This document shows, piece after piece, positions 28,210 through 56,300 of a DNA stretch of 64,000 bases. The stretch lies in contig NW_020846779.1 of assembly GCF_003704095.1 (NCBI RefSeq), positions 248,001 through 312,000 on the forward strand, written 5' to 3'. The position numbers and the translations under genes are program-made. How positions within the stretch are numbered: position 1 is the first letter of the stretch; the number at the start of each line of letters is the position of its first letter. Below the pieces are notes generated by a model, which had not been told where the DNA came from, searched no databases, and saw only the letters and a list, made by a program, of their open reading frames with translations. Origin of the DNA: Pocillopora damicornis (taxonomy: Eukaryota).

Positions 28210-29230
28210 TTCGAATACAAAGAACAGGATGCTTCATCTTTCTATAGTTATATCAACATCCAGCACCCCAACATTAAGATTACTATGGAGAGGGAAGAAA
28301 ACCACCAGCTCCCCTTCTTAATTGTTCCTTTAAAAGACAATAGAAATCAGGGCTTTATCACCTCGGTGTTTCACAAGAAGACTCCTACACTGGTCTTCTC
28401 ACTGAGTTTTACAGTTTTGTACCTTTCAGTTACAAATCAGGATTAGAACGCACTCTTGTAGACCGAACATTTAAATTAATAATATATGGGCTGGCTTTCA
28501 CCTTGACGTAAATAACTTTACTCATCGAGGATGTTGTAAGAAAATTTCTTAACAATAACTTCATGTCCGATTCTTCTCAGAGTGCTGCTCGCAAGGAAAA
28601 TTGTTTTTATTTGAAATTACCGTACATCGGTCCTTTTTCCATCACAACGCAACGCAGAATTAAGAAATTAGTTAGCACATTTTGCAGCGACCTTGACATT
28701 AAGTTGGTGTTCACCCCGTTTAAAATTAAGAGTTGGTTTGGGGTCAAGGATCCTATCCCTGCGGGTTTACGATTGCGAGTTATTTATAAGTTTTCATATG
28801 TAGGCTGTACTGCCTGTTAGTTGGTGAAACCAACAATCACGTCGCAGTTCGCATCCGCAAACATCTCTCTTCTGACAAACATTCCCACATCTTTCAGCAC
28901 CTGAGAGGTTCTGAAAATTGTCGCTCCCTTTGTTCAGAAGATTGTTTTAAAATTCTGGACTCTGCTTCCACAAGCTTCCAATTGAAAATTAAGGAAGCCA
29001 TGCACATCCTCTGGGAGCAGCCGTCTTTAAATTCCCAGGTCAAACATCTTAATTTATCCCTTTCATACTAATTAGTCTCCCTAATTAGCTTAAGTAGTTT
29101 CACTTTTTTGTTTTTTTAATTATTCTTGTTAACATCTCACTTTGCTATACTATTTATTGTATAATTTCATTTATTTCTCATTATACAACTGACGATGGAT
29201 GATGTTTCATCCGAAACATGTTTTGTCTTC
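28210..29230 (+). mobile_element. Decayed, 5'-truncated Penelope-like retroelement (RT C-terminus plus GIY-YIG endonuclease)
   Basis: RT thumb region YINIQHPNIKITMEREENHQLPFL, then LKLPYIG and VKDPIP..LRVIYKFSYVGC. After a 1-bp frameshift at ~28819 the frame continues VGETNNHVAVRIRKHL..SHIFQHL..CFKILDSA..LKIKEAMHILWEQPSLN to a stop at 29069-29071. Several frameshifts are present. Confidence 0.9.
29185..29226 (+). ncRNA. Minimal type I hammerhead ribozyme motif of the Penelope-like element
   Basis: ACAA-CTGACGA-T-GGATGA(TGTT)TCATCC-GAAA-CATG-T-T-TTGT. This gives the conserved CUGANGA/GAAA core, a 6-bp stem II, a palindromic stem III (AAACATGTTT) and a 4-bp stem I. Confidence 0.75.
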
Positions 29231-29319
29231 ATTAAAAAATATAAAAAAAATAAACTTCAAAAGCATCGTGTGGTTCATCAAAGCGATATCTTACTTCGAG
29301 CTGCAACGAAGCCTTATCG

Positions 29320-29460
29320 TCATTAATATTATTATTATTATTTTTATGATTACAATTGTTATTATTTTCAATATCATTATCATCATTACTGAGAATCATT
29401 TTGATTGTCATTGTCAGTATCATTAGTATTATTATCATTACCGTTATTATTATTATCACT
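29320..29460. repeat. Degenerate (ATT/ATC)n microsatellite
   Basis: Trinucleotide low-complexity tract; it explains the poly-I and poly-N ORFs in the track. Confidence 0.9.
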
Positions 29461-32400
29461 TTGAACCTTTTTTCTTTAGCAGCACCACTAAAATCATTCA
29501 ATGAGAAAAGATAAATTGGAAAGGAACGAGAAAAATTCGTGGGAGGTCCAAGAAAAGATTATCAGTCTCATCAGTCTGTCTCAAGTATGTCCAAAGTGGA
29601 GGACGGTATTGATACTGAGTCAAACACTTCAAAGGGATTGCGTCAACGTCTTGTCAAACCTTTAAGCCCTTTTTTCTAAGTGGATAGTTTACAATCCGAG
29701 TCAGCGTACTCCATCTTTGATCACGCTTGTTCTGTCTTGGTTTGCTCTTTTTCTTGTGCTTTTTCTTTTTTCGCTAATCCACTGGATACTTTGTAGTTAA
29801 AAAAAAAAGTGCCTGAACTTAACGTTATTTTAAATGACGCAATAAGCGACCGATGAATTTGACGTTGATCGTTAAGTGCTTTAAGTGCGGCTAACCTGAT
29901 CCTTAAAGAAGGACGAGAATAGCATGACAGACAATGACGAGGGAGCAATATTCAACGAGATAACACCACGTCGCGGACGAGGGGGGTCTTCTTTCATACG
30001 AGCTAGACAGATAAGGACCGATTTTAGTCCGAAACGGGTTTCAATTTAGACCTCTATGGTTTTAAAATGGGTTTGGTATCAAGGGAACCACCCTCTCTTC
30101 ATTTCCACTGGAATTGATAAGAGAATAAAGGAACAGAGAAAGAGACTTCAACAAAAATGTTACGTGCGATCTTCTGATGCATTTTACTATATCTTAACCT
30201 TGGCACTGATGCGAAACTCTGGTGCGCAATTACTGTTGAAAACCACCGGGAAACGTCACTCATGTAATATGCTAAGCGGTTTCGCAAACACGAACACGGC
30301 AATTAAATGTAGTCAAGGATTACAAAACTTTTCAATTAACTGACTGAAGGTCAAAACAATTCAGTATGTTACCCATGAACTTATTTCGAAAGTTACGTTC
30401 AGAAACGAATACTGATAAGCAGCCAGGTGTGGAAACAGGTGTAGAAAGTGACTTTTAATGAGGTACAATGATGGGTACCCTGCTCCCCTCCCCTCGGAGC
30501 CACGAACTCCTTGTCCGCAAAGGGACAACGAAGGCGAGCGCGGATTTAGAGGTCAGATCTTTTCGAAACCTCAGGCCTCTATTATTCGAAGAGCTGTCTG
30601 CGATGATCCAAGATAAATAGCCAGGCGAGGTTTTTAATATATTTTCTCCAAAACCGTACATAAGGCTTGGGTTTTTTAGCAAGGGTAAAACTGAAAGACT
30701 AGTCGTCACTGAAAATAGAACTGAGCAGTGATACTCTCCGCTGAGCCATCAGAACTACATGAAAATGATATATATCCGTGAAAGAAAAAAAAAATTAAAG
30801 AAAGAAAGAAAGATAGAAAACAGGTTGTGGACGAATGTAACAAGTAAGTAAAAAGCCATGCAAAGATAATCGAGATAAATTTACGCCCACAGTGGCTGCA
30901 TCTACACTTCAGTGTGCAACTTTGAAACATTCAATAGCTACCCGACTGAGGTACAATTCATATTCTAGTAATGTTGGAGAATTCTAAGGAAGCCTCATCG
31001 AAGCCCGTTGATATGATGATGTACCGTGAGACATACTTTGCAAAGGGAGGTTGCAAGGTAATTGAAAAGAAGTAGCGTTTGACCTCAGTAAGCAATTTTA
31101 TCTCTTATATCCAACATTTATTAGCGTGCACGGAGCAAATCAATCACCATATACACGTAAACAAAATTGGTGTTAAGAGCCACTTCTTTCACAAGCACTC
31201 CTAAAAAGGGTCTCTTCTACGGATGAAATATTTTCAACTTCACGGGGCAATTTTTAGGGAGAAAAATCTTTGCTGGGAACGTTGTAGAAAATGGTTGATG
31301 CTGAAGGTATTAGTTAGCAATTCTTTTAAGAAAGATACATTACTATCGGTTAGGAAACCAGAAATGGTTTCAGGTTTCAAGTGAAGCAATCGAACCTCCC
31401 CGGAACAAAGCACTTGTGATTGTACCTTTGATAGCTCTTAACAACATACTTGACGGGATATCGCTAATGGCTACGAACGCGGAAAGTCAAGTCAAATAAT
31501 TACGACGTGAGGGGAAAGAATTACGAACAGTTGAGAGAAGTTTGTACGACTGAAGTATTTAAAACATGTTCCACTGTTGTTTACTTTGAAATGCAAAACA
31601 TCACGTCTACGCGCGGTTCTGCAAGGGCGTATCTGTAACCGTGCCAAAATCTGCATTCAATGAGTACATAGCTGTAGTATTGAACATGTAACATTCTTCT
31701 GACAGTTTGTTAAAGTTGTCTGGTGACCAGCTGCTCTAATCATTGTGTTTTAAGAACGCCCGCCCCCGCCACGTGTCGTACAATAATGAGCCCTCTTAAA
31801 GAGAGCAGTGCCGTCACCTTGCGTTTACAGGGCTTAACAAATTTACCTTGCTAATCAAAAATGCATTCTTCATGTAAAACTTCAGCAAATTTAATGTCAA
31901 TTACTATGTTGTTAGTTGACTAGGAAATGCGTAAAAAGCTTTAGAAACAACGTCAGAGATCCGGTGGCTTGTGAAAGAGGCTAATCAAATTTAAAACAAA
32001 ACTTGCCTTAAGGCTAACTTGCCGAAGATCAATGAAACTCACTCGGATTTTGTTGTTCAAGAGGCTTAGTGTCCGCTCGAGTGAAAAAGACCCATTGTTT
32101 TCGTCTTTTAAGGGGTTGTCGTACGTTATTTCGGGCAACCAATCAAACGAAACGTCGCTGTGATTTATTTGTCCAACGTGTGTATTGTCCTTGAACAATA
32201 AGCTGATATTATTGCTTTGAATGAAAAAAGGCACAGACATTGATGAAAGAGCCATTGTTATTCTCTAATAAACTTTATTTATATATTGCGATCTAGGAAC
32301 TGTCTTACAGAATGTTCGGATCAAATGTACAACATGGTCTTGTCTATGCGCCTCAACAACCTAAGTATGACCATAAGAAGTGAACACGCCACTGGCTCTC

Positions 32401-33095
32401 CTTGGTTTAATTACTTAAGATTCTATAAGAACACATAGCTTATTTACATTTTCTAGTATTCAAGAGCCATGCTTCTAACGAAACGCTAACAATCTATCTT
32501 ACTTCTGTTATATATAATATATAAATTTTCTTTTTATGATCTGAAGACTCAATTGCTCACAACACAAAGTTTCGATCAAGCGGTTTGATAATAACGGACC
32601 GCCTTTTGCGAAGACATGACTAACAGTAGACTTGCATAACATGAGCAATTCCCTGGTCGAATATCTTTGATGAGACTTCGGGCAACTCGATGTTGTTGGT
32701 TAATGTTACAAGTTTTCAGTGTAGTATGGTTTGATGCGAATCGCCATGCGGTTGACACGTGTGCTCCGCTGTTAACACTTCTAACACAATTATCAGTCAA
32801 AAACTGTTGTAGCACTCGGCAATGTTGTACCAAATTGTGATGTAACCGGCTGTAGATAAATCGCAAGGTGCACAACAGGCAAGAAATTTATACAAAATAT
32901 AAACGCGTGCAACGGAAAGTATTGCACTTAGCTGTCGTGCTGACGTACCAGAGTTCATTCAATTTACAACTCACTGACACTTTGTACAACTGTATGTTAC
33001 ATTACGAAGCAATAGAGTGAAGGAATGTCTGTGCGGGAATGTCTTTTGACAGTTGCTCCACATTGTAGATTTTGTTTTGTTTTGAACAGAACTCG

Positions 33096-33832
33096 TCAAG
33101 GGTTCGTTTGGTTCTGTTTGTGTGTGTATCTCTTACACTTGCACGAGCGAACAACTCGTACCCGATACTTGAACTTGTTCCCGTCTATGCACACCACAGT
33201 CACCTTCTTAGTTTTAACTTCGTCCGGGACACAACGCCACTCTCTCTTACGACGACTGATGACTTTGGAATATTCCGGAAACCAGGGCAGCTCATCCATA
33301 GGCATGCACTGTCCATCGCAAATTAGGTCGCGGAATGGTCTTCTACTCGTGCAGCGGCCATTCGACACATACCTACGAATCCGGATTCCTTGACATCCAA
33401 GATTGAGAATGCCTAAGAAACAATACACATATGGTCAATAACAGACTTCCTTTGCACGCTGTCGACTCGTGGCACCACACACGCGTCCGGCCACTGACGA
33501 GTGTGAATGAAAATTTTCTGTACTGATCAATGGGTAAATAGCGCACAAGCGACGGATTCAAACAGTGTAAAAGTTTGTTAGAAGATGAATCATTTTGCTG
33601 CTAAATTACCTGCTGTTTGATGTGGCTTCTCTAATTCCAAGCCTGTTTCATCAGCAGAACTTTGAACCGCATTCGTTTCATTTGTAGCTGCTACACGAGG
33701 AATTGATTTTGCGGACGGTTCGTTCTGCCCATGTCCTCGCGCCTTTTGGCGAGCAATAACTCCATCCCAACACTTGCAGACGACAACGATTAGCAGTATG
33801 AAATTCCGTCGCCAACATCTCAATAAGATCAT
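33096..33832 (-). CDS. SOSTDC1: Sclerostin/SOSTDC1 (Wise)-like secreted cystine-knot protein, 2 exons, 179 aa
   Basis: Exon 1 33832-33610 (signal-peptide-like MILLRCWRRNFILLIVVVC..), phase-1 GT-AG intron, exon 2 33412-33096. Eight-Cys knot LGCQGIRIRRYVSNGRCTS..LICDGQC..EWRCVPD..VVC..VVRSCKCKRYTHKQNQT matches the SOST/SOSTDC1 pattern (EWRC, CKCKRYT, C-terminal N-x-S/T). AATAAA on the minus strand at ~32279-32274. Confidence 0.92.
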
Positions 33833-36800
33833 TATGCGTCGGGAATTTTTGTTCACAGTTATGAACGACTTTACAAGGAAGTTTAAGGTTAGGAAACAAA
33901 ACTTTCCGTGTGTGGTGCTTTGCTGTTCAACAACTGGGAGGCGAATGTCAATAACACGAGATCTGGCGCCACTTGACATGAGATGTGCATGGCTGACCAA
34001 TCGTAAAGCGTAGCTCCATAATAGCGCGCTCCCGCGAATGAACACAAATGACTTTGAAAATGAATCGGGTCAAACACAAAACACAAAGAGTTGTGTATTA
34101 TTAAGAATATAAAAACAACCCAAAACACACCCTGAACGTTCTTTCTTAAACTGTGAATAAAAGCGACGTGAAAACAGTTGTGAAAGTTTGTTTAGCGAAC
34201 AGCCACGTTCCTATTGGTGGTATGTAAATGAAGACTAAGTCTTGGTAAGCATCTTCCAGTATTCGTTTCCGGAGTCCTTTCATAATTTTATTGCACGCAT
34301 GCTATTGGCAAACAAAAGCGAATAAACATCATCAATGTACAAAACGCATTCGCGTCTAACGTTTTATAAGGATTATCTCGGAATTTTGAGGATCTGAAGA
34401 ACTGTGTTGAGGATGAAAAAAACTAACAGATCGAAGATTCTAGAAATTACCTTTTTATGTGACGCTTGTCGTGCGAATTAAGTGGTCTCACTGTCAGTAC
34501 GGTTACTCTACACACAAAAGCTCTGCATGTAGCCTACCTCCCGTGATTTGTCAGGAGGTGCTCTTTCTGCTAATTTCACAGGTTGTCACAGTCTTTTTCT
34601 TACACTATTTTCATGGAAAGCGACAAATCTTCTCCAATGAATGAAAATTGATCAATTTAGTAAGAAAAACAATATATTCTTCTATGTGCTGTGGCTGATA
34701 TCAACTCTCAAACAGATCTTAGAGATAGAACTAAGTGTTGAGACGCCCCTAAATACAGGCCGCTTGTTTCACGCGGTTGTTATCTTTGGATAGTACTGCT
34801 CTAATAGGTTTGCCGTGAATTTTCGTACTCCAGTGTTTGGATTTAAATCAGGTCAGTCCTTTCTGCTTTCGTCTTCTATTTGCGTTACTATTTTAAGACC
34901 AAAGTGAGTTGGCATGTCTTTTGTAAAACAAGAACTCGTTTCGATGTACCAATATATATCAATTGGTCGTGCTATTAAACCACTCATAGTATCGTTATCT
35001 TTACGTATTTGCAGGGAAATGCTTATCACGCTGTACAAACTTTACCGCTATGCGTTTGAAGGAGTAAAACCGCTTGATAATAGTGTACTTGCCAATAACT
35101 TGAGGCACTTTTTGCTCACGTCACGGAAATAAAGAACTATAATTACTTTCGAGTGTTCCAATTCCGGTTATGTTTGGATGAGTTCCCTAATTTCTCTTCG
35201 TAAAAGATCTGCTTCGCTCTTGATGTTGGTTAAAACGTCAGAACCCTAGCTCTTCTCAATAATTCCCTGATATTTCTGTGCGCAATCATCACACACATGC
35301 CACAAGCTATATCAAACACTATGAAACGTGTCGCTCATTTTAAAATAATTTTATAGTACGCATATTAATTGTTTACGAAGGAAACTCGGGACAGCAGTTG
35401 ATTTCAGGAGTTCTACATCAGAAGATTAAGACATACGCGATTGTGACCGGGAGAGCATGCAACCCAGGGAATAATTTCTTTACTGGTTTTTCCCGATGGG
35501 TAGCTAAATGGGTAGCTAAATAAAAAGTAAAATAGGGAAAAAATGAATAAATAGATAGCTGAATGACTAAATAAATATATTAAATCAATGCACTAATTAA
35601 ATAAATAAATGAAGAAATAGGTTAATTAATTAAAGAGGAAGTTGGTCGGTGAATATGTAAATAGTTCAAGCGTTGATGACATACGTGTAAATCAGGAAAA
35701 ATAATTTAAAAAAAAATACACATATAGCTTGACAAGGCTTGATGATCACTCGATCACTCAGAGTATTTGACCTCAATACAAAACTGGTAAACATGATATT
35801 GAAACCGGTGAAACAAATGCATCAATAACGTAGCGTATTGAATTAGAGAATCGAAAAAGTTGTCCTTTTAAACTATAAAAAGAACATGTTTTTTTCATAA
35901 AAAATCACAAAACTTGAATCATAGAAGTGGTTACTGTCAGAGACAAGATTGTCTCTCGAAGAGATATGAAGGGCCTATTTGTTCGCGTAAAGAAATAGAT
36001 GAAGGAATTTAGTCGTCTATCAATCTCACCAGAAAAAATGGTCTATATTTGTTTGGTTAAATTTCCCTGGTGTTTTAATGTCGCTGTGAAAACTAAAGAT
36101 GAATCTTCCTTTTTTCTTTTTTAGTTTTCTTAACAAATGCGCGTCTTGTGTTGCTATTACGTCTTCTCTTTGTCCATTGGACTGTCAAACATTCTCTGTA
36201 CATTTTCTCTGATTCAAGTTAAAATTATTGTTATACAATGATACTCCTGAATGCCACCACGTGGCCAAAAATAAATCTCAAAGTTAGCGACACAATCAGG
36301 AATCAATAGGTCTGACTTTAACCAATCTGGTTCCTCATGTCATAATTGGGTACAATGTATGTAACGAAGCATGTGTTAACCCAGTTTTATTTTATCTTTT
36401 TAATTTTTAAGCATGGGCCCATAACATGGGCCTGTAAAGGCGAGTTTGGATTTCGAAATACCCTCAGGTTCAAGGTATTTTCTACGGCTAACTTAACGAA
36501 AACAGATATTATTCTACGCTGGAGGTCTTTTTGTGAATTGAATTAGCCCCAACGACTCGAATAATTTATTTACCCTTTAAACCTTAACATCAGTAAGCGT
36601 ATTCTCAATACCGTCCTCCACACATATCCAAAAGTGCAGTTAAGGAGAATTTGTTTTTGAAACAATACAGAGCTTCTTTAGTTGTTGATCATTCCATTGC
36701 TCTTGCGACGTTCATGAGCGATTCAGGGACGATGTTGTAAGAAGAAATTCGATGCTGGTCACCCATGTGGATTTTACTTTCTATGTCCTGAAGCTCGCAT

Positions 36801-37737
36801 GCAAACAGCGTGCCATTTGCTCATGTTCATTCATAAACCAGTGTAAGGCCATGTACGTGTACGTTTGCCCGCAATCCTGATATTAAACCGTTGATGTCTT
36901 ATCAGCTCGTTAGTGGCTTAACTTCGCAATTCGCCTCATTTCCTCCCCTACTTCAAGTTCTAGTAGCCACCACTGTAGCGTCTAACTTGCCTCAGCTAAC
37001 AACCTCTGCGATCTTTAATCACTGAAGCTTGATGAGTGGGTTCATTTCAATGAAAGACAGTTGAAGATTCAAGGAAATTAAACGTTTAGAGTTGAACAAA
37101 TGCCAAACTTCACAATTTTGAGTCGAAACCAAATGAATCAGAAAAAGATACGATACTCTCTCATTTGTATTAGACTCAGCACATGCAAAATTCGACGCTT
37201 ATGTCTCAAATATCGTGAGGACTTAAACTTTTACTTTTCTTGCATTTTATCAAGACTTACTAAAAAAAACCAAAACAACAACAACAACAAAGCGCCACAT
37301 ATAAATTTGGTCAACATTTACTTCTTCAAGAGCCCTAGAAATTAACAATTTCACAAGGATGTTTGTAATCCTCGTCAGTAAAAACTAGCAAAATACATAA
37401 ATATTACAAGCAGACACCGCTATAAAGAATTAAGGTGTAGCGTATATCGGGTGTAACATGGACTTGTAAAGTGATACAGAATCGGCTTCCTAGCGCTGTG
37501 CGAGTTACCACACCAAGTCGCACATCAATCAACAGAAGTAACCCGACAGCTCTTTTTTTAAGCAAGAAAAACTTCATTAAGCCAGTGTGAGTTATTTTCA
37601 GTCACTGCTGGTTGGTTGGTGTGAAGTTTGATTTATAAAACACGAAAATATTTGGTTTTGTCCAGGCTGACGCATGCGCAGCTGCTGACTTAAAAACCGT
37701 AACGTTTAGCAGCAGTAAATCAGCTGCTGCCCAGTCC

Positions 37738-52887
<15,150 letters not shown>

Positions 52888-53300
52888 TATTGTAGCCTCA
52901 ACGAACGCAAGCTATCGTAAGACGGGCTTCTTGGAAAAAAAATGCTTTCCTTGTGACTCAGAGGAAAGCTTCGCAGCTCTCTTTACCAATAAAACTATCC
53001 TCCAAAAGATAACAGTGACAGTTATAAACTTACAAGCTTCATCCCAAACGAGAAGAGTTCACAGTTTGACAACTCAGATGCATATACAGTCGCCAACCCA
53101 ACTGAATGGTTGAAATAAATGCTTGTTTTATCGCGTAAAAGGCGTCAATCAGGCACGGTTTCTTTAAGATATAAAATCCATTCCTTTATCCTGAGGTCTA
53201 CTTGAAAAATACTCCGTGCCTGGACAAAGATATCATCTTTTTATGACTTTCTTTTTCGTACATAGCCGGAGGAACGTAAAAGTAATATGGCTGCAGGTCT

Positions 53301-53310
53301 GTGACGTCAC
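53301..53310. promoter_or_regulatory. Full palindromic CRE (GTGACGTCAC) in the CUL1 upstream region
   Basis: TGACGTCA at 53302-53309, ~415 bp upstream of the CUL1 ATG, in a CpG-containing segment. Confidence 0.5.
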
Positions 53311-56300
53311 AAAGCCAAGACCGAAATGCATGCTCACCCGCGCCTTTCAAATAAATTCCGTGTCACGCGGTTTAATCTGCAGCGGACAAAAGGAGGAGAA
53401 ATTATTTTTTCTTTCCGTAAATTTCCCATAGATATAAGAAAATTATATCAGAATAGTAGATAAAATATGGCCGTGAATCTTAAGGATCTAATCCCTTGAA
53501 TTTATCTATAAACTGGCCAGCTGGGACTGTAAGATCATTCTGAGTCCTCAGATAAATAACTTGCCTCCTTGGTTACTTCTATCATTTGTCAGTATGATTT
53601 TTTCAAAACGAAACAAGCAGAAATAAAAAGTGAATTATTCACAAAAAATACAAACAAACAGGACCTAACTAGAAAATTTTTTTAAGGCAACGAGAATCCT
53701 CAGATGGTAGAAAATGATAGTCTCTCCCTCCCTAAAGTGGGGGGGGGGGGGGGGGGGGGGGGGAATTCCTAGTAATAGGCTGCTAGAGATGATCAGCTGG
53801 ATGGAGTCGCATTTTCACCATTTTCAGTAGAGTTACTAGAATGGGGTCACGCATTTCCAGAATCTTGGGGATAGGAAAATTCAATTTTTGTTTGCCTGAT
53901 CATGACTACTATAATTTGTTATTGCCATCTTTTGCAATTCTAATACAACACCGCCACCTTTGGTAGATCTAAAAAGTCTCAGCCATATTTCATAAGTATG
54001 CATCAACTCCTAAAACTATGTTTGGCTTTAGAAGCTTTCTTTTTAAATAACTGAGGTTGTTGAACTCATCAGAAATGAACCTATATTTCCGCATGTCTAC
54101 TGTTTGATGATCATTAGGGACGAAATTCTGAGAATTTGTGCGGAGTAATGCCATAAAATGTAAAGTTCGTATTATTGTGGAGTGAAATTCTTGTTGTATT
54201 GTTTATTATGCAGTTTTCGATTATTTTGCTGATTATTATTTTTTCGGTTGACCTTGGGAACTAAAAACCTGTCTGTACACATGCTTGTCGTAGGTTCGAT
54301 ACAGGTGGGCATATTTGAGATTTCTCCAGAGCAGGCTAATAACAAACACTAAATATGATGGTATTTTGTGATTTTGCACGTTCCATATGTTGTATTAGAA
54401 TTGCAAAAGATGGCAATAACAAATTGTAGTAGTCATGATCAGGCGAACAAAAATTCAAACTGTCACTAGGAACCAAATGGCAAAACATTGAAATAATACT
54501 AGAAAATGGTATTCCTAATTGTTGCTGACTCTGATTCCATAATAAATCGAAGGAACAGAAGGATATCGCATATACTCTTCGTTTTCGCATATCTTAATTT
54601 TGCAGATGTGTATAAGTTATTTTCGCTTTTTAGTCATGGCTTTCGGAAATGGCGCAGGGTTGAATGATATTTTAGAATTCAGGGTTAATGGGTCAAAGTC
54701 AATAAGGCAAAGCGTCACAAACTGGTTAAATTACGTTAATATTTTACCCTGTATTTCACTCAATTCTTATCATTGCGGGGGAGATTACCAGTTTTCTACT
54801 AATGCATTAGGCGGACGGCTAAATCCGGCAACAAAGTGTGTCAACTAAAAACCGGAAAACAATATAAGAGTACCATGAATTCTCATAAGTTTCCGTATTT
54901 TTATAATACCTTATCATAGGTTCAGTTGTTTCTCGGATCGTGGAAAATTGTCGTTGAGTATTAGTTTAACGGGGAAAAAACGAAACAAGGATGGTTTGAA
55001 TTAAATCAAAACGGATTAAAGTGAAAAACATCATTGACAAATGCGGAAAATTTGGGCTGAGTTCTCGAGATTTTTTAGCTTTTTATTAAGAGGGCTCTGT
55101 AAGCTCAATTTGACAGTTTGAGATATTCCAGTTATTTTTTTTTAACCTGGCATCAATTCAATTTGTTGTAGTTTCATTGTACAAGCTGTAAAAGGACACT
55201 TGATCTCTGTATTGCAAAAATGTTTGTCCCCTTCTAAGATTCAAAAAAGATTCACCTCGCGATAACTTGACAATTAGACAGAGATTTATTGAACGCAAAA
55301 CTCAGTTCAGTACAGTACGTACTAGTAGAATAGGACAGGATACTTCTGTCAATGTTTCTGCAATATTCATTGTATTTTTAACAAAAGCATCGGGACATTT
55401 CACTTCCTTAGCATCGACCTTTATTTACGGTGCAAAACTAAATCAGTGCAAAGTGAAATGCAGCAACTTTCTCCACTATGAACCGTTTTTCCAGCATGAG
55501 AAGTTACGGAACTTAAAATTAAGTGTAACAGATCATAAGACTACAAAACATTCGTCTGGAAAATAAAACGTAGCTTACCTCTTTCTTGTCTAAATTAGAC
55601 TACTTTGATGACAAAGTTACTCTTCATTTCAGCTGGATCGATCCCCAATTAGCACTGGCGCGTGTTCAACTTCCCAGTATTTACAATATGACGGGAAGTT
55701 TTTTGGTAAAGATTCTCATTTATATTTATTCTCAATATTTTCATCATAGTCTTTCCGGAAAAGATCTTCATAATATAACTTCAATATAGTTTGCATTCGG
55801 TCCATCAATTTGAAAGGCATTAAATTTAGTTTGAATATCGTTACACCAAACTTGGAGAAAATTCCCGGCTTTCTTAAGCAAACTCTGGCCTATTCTCTCT
55901 CTTTTCAAACCCCTCTCTCTCACCCTGGGGCGAGAGAATGAGAGAACCTGGGAACGAATTTGGTTCTTGAGATTGAAGTCTGTGGTCAGGTCTTGCTGAT
56001 AAGATTATTTTAGCAAAAATCATACAAATCAACTCCAGAAATTTGATTGAAATTTTTGTTCGAATGTTCTTGATTGCTCTATTACTTTTAGTGAGAAGTT
56101 GACTGACGCAGGCAACAACTCTACACAGCTGTGCCTTGTTTCAGGCAGAAACTTGCAGATTTGGGAGTGAAAAAAATTTCATGAATCAAGTGCATCATTT
56201 ATTTTGATAGGAACTCATATGCATAAGTGTTTTAAGAGTTAAGCCCTCAACGTTGTTCATGTTGAGTAAGAAGGAATAGCCTTAATCCTTTACTCCCATG

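Noticed and set aside
29199-29501. Poly-Ile / poly-Asn ORFs (also 41870-42088 and the tail of 38901-39341)
   Set aside because: Translations of trinucleotide microsatellites.
19200-33000. Search for a Mox/Meox homeobox expected from vertebrate synteny
   Set aside because: No homeodomain motif (e.g. WFQNRR) in the ORF track or by eye. A small split exon cannot be fully excluded without tBLASTn.
33025-33393. Plus-strand ORFs antisense to sclerostin; likewise 10486-10788 and 62612-62857
   Set aside because: Shadow ORFs of real exons on the opposite strand, with no recognisable motifs.
33960-33985. GGCGCC upstream of sclerostin as a BMP/Smad response element
   Set aside because: It lacks the GTCT/AGAC partner at 5-nt spacing on either strand.
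33833-34045. N-terminal extension of the sclerostin ORF in the 151-aa track entry
   Set aside because: Non-ATG start and overlap with a CCAAT-containing promoter-like region. The ATG at 33832 directly precedes the signal peptide.
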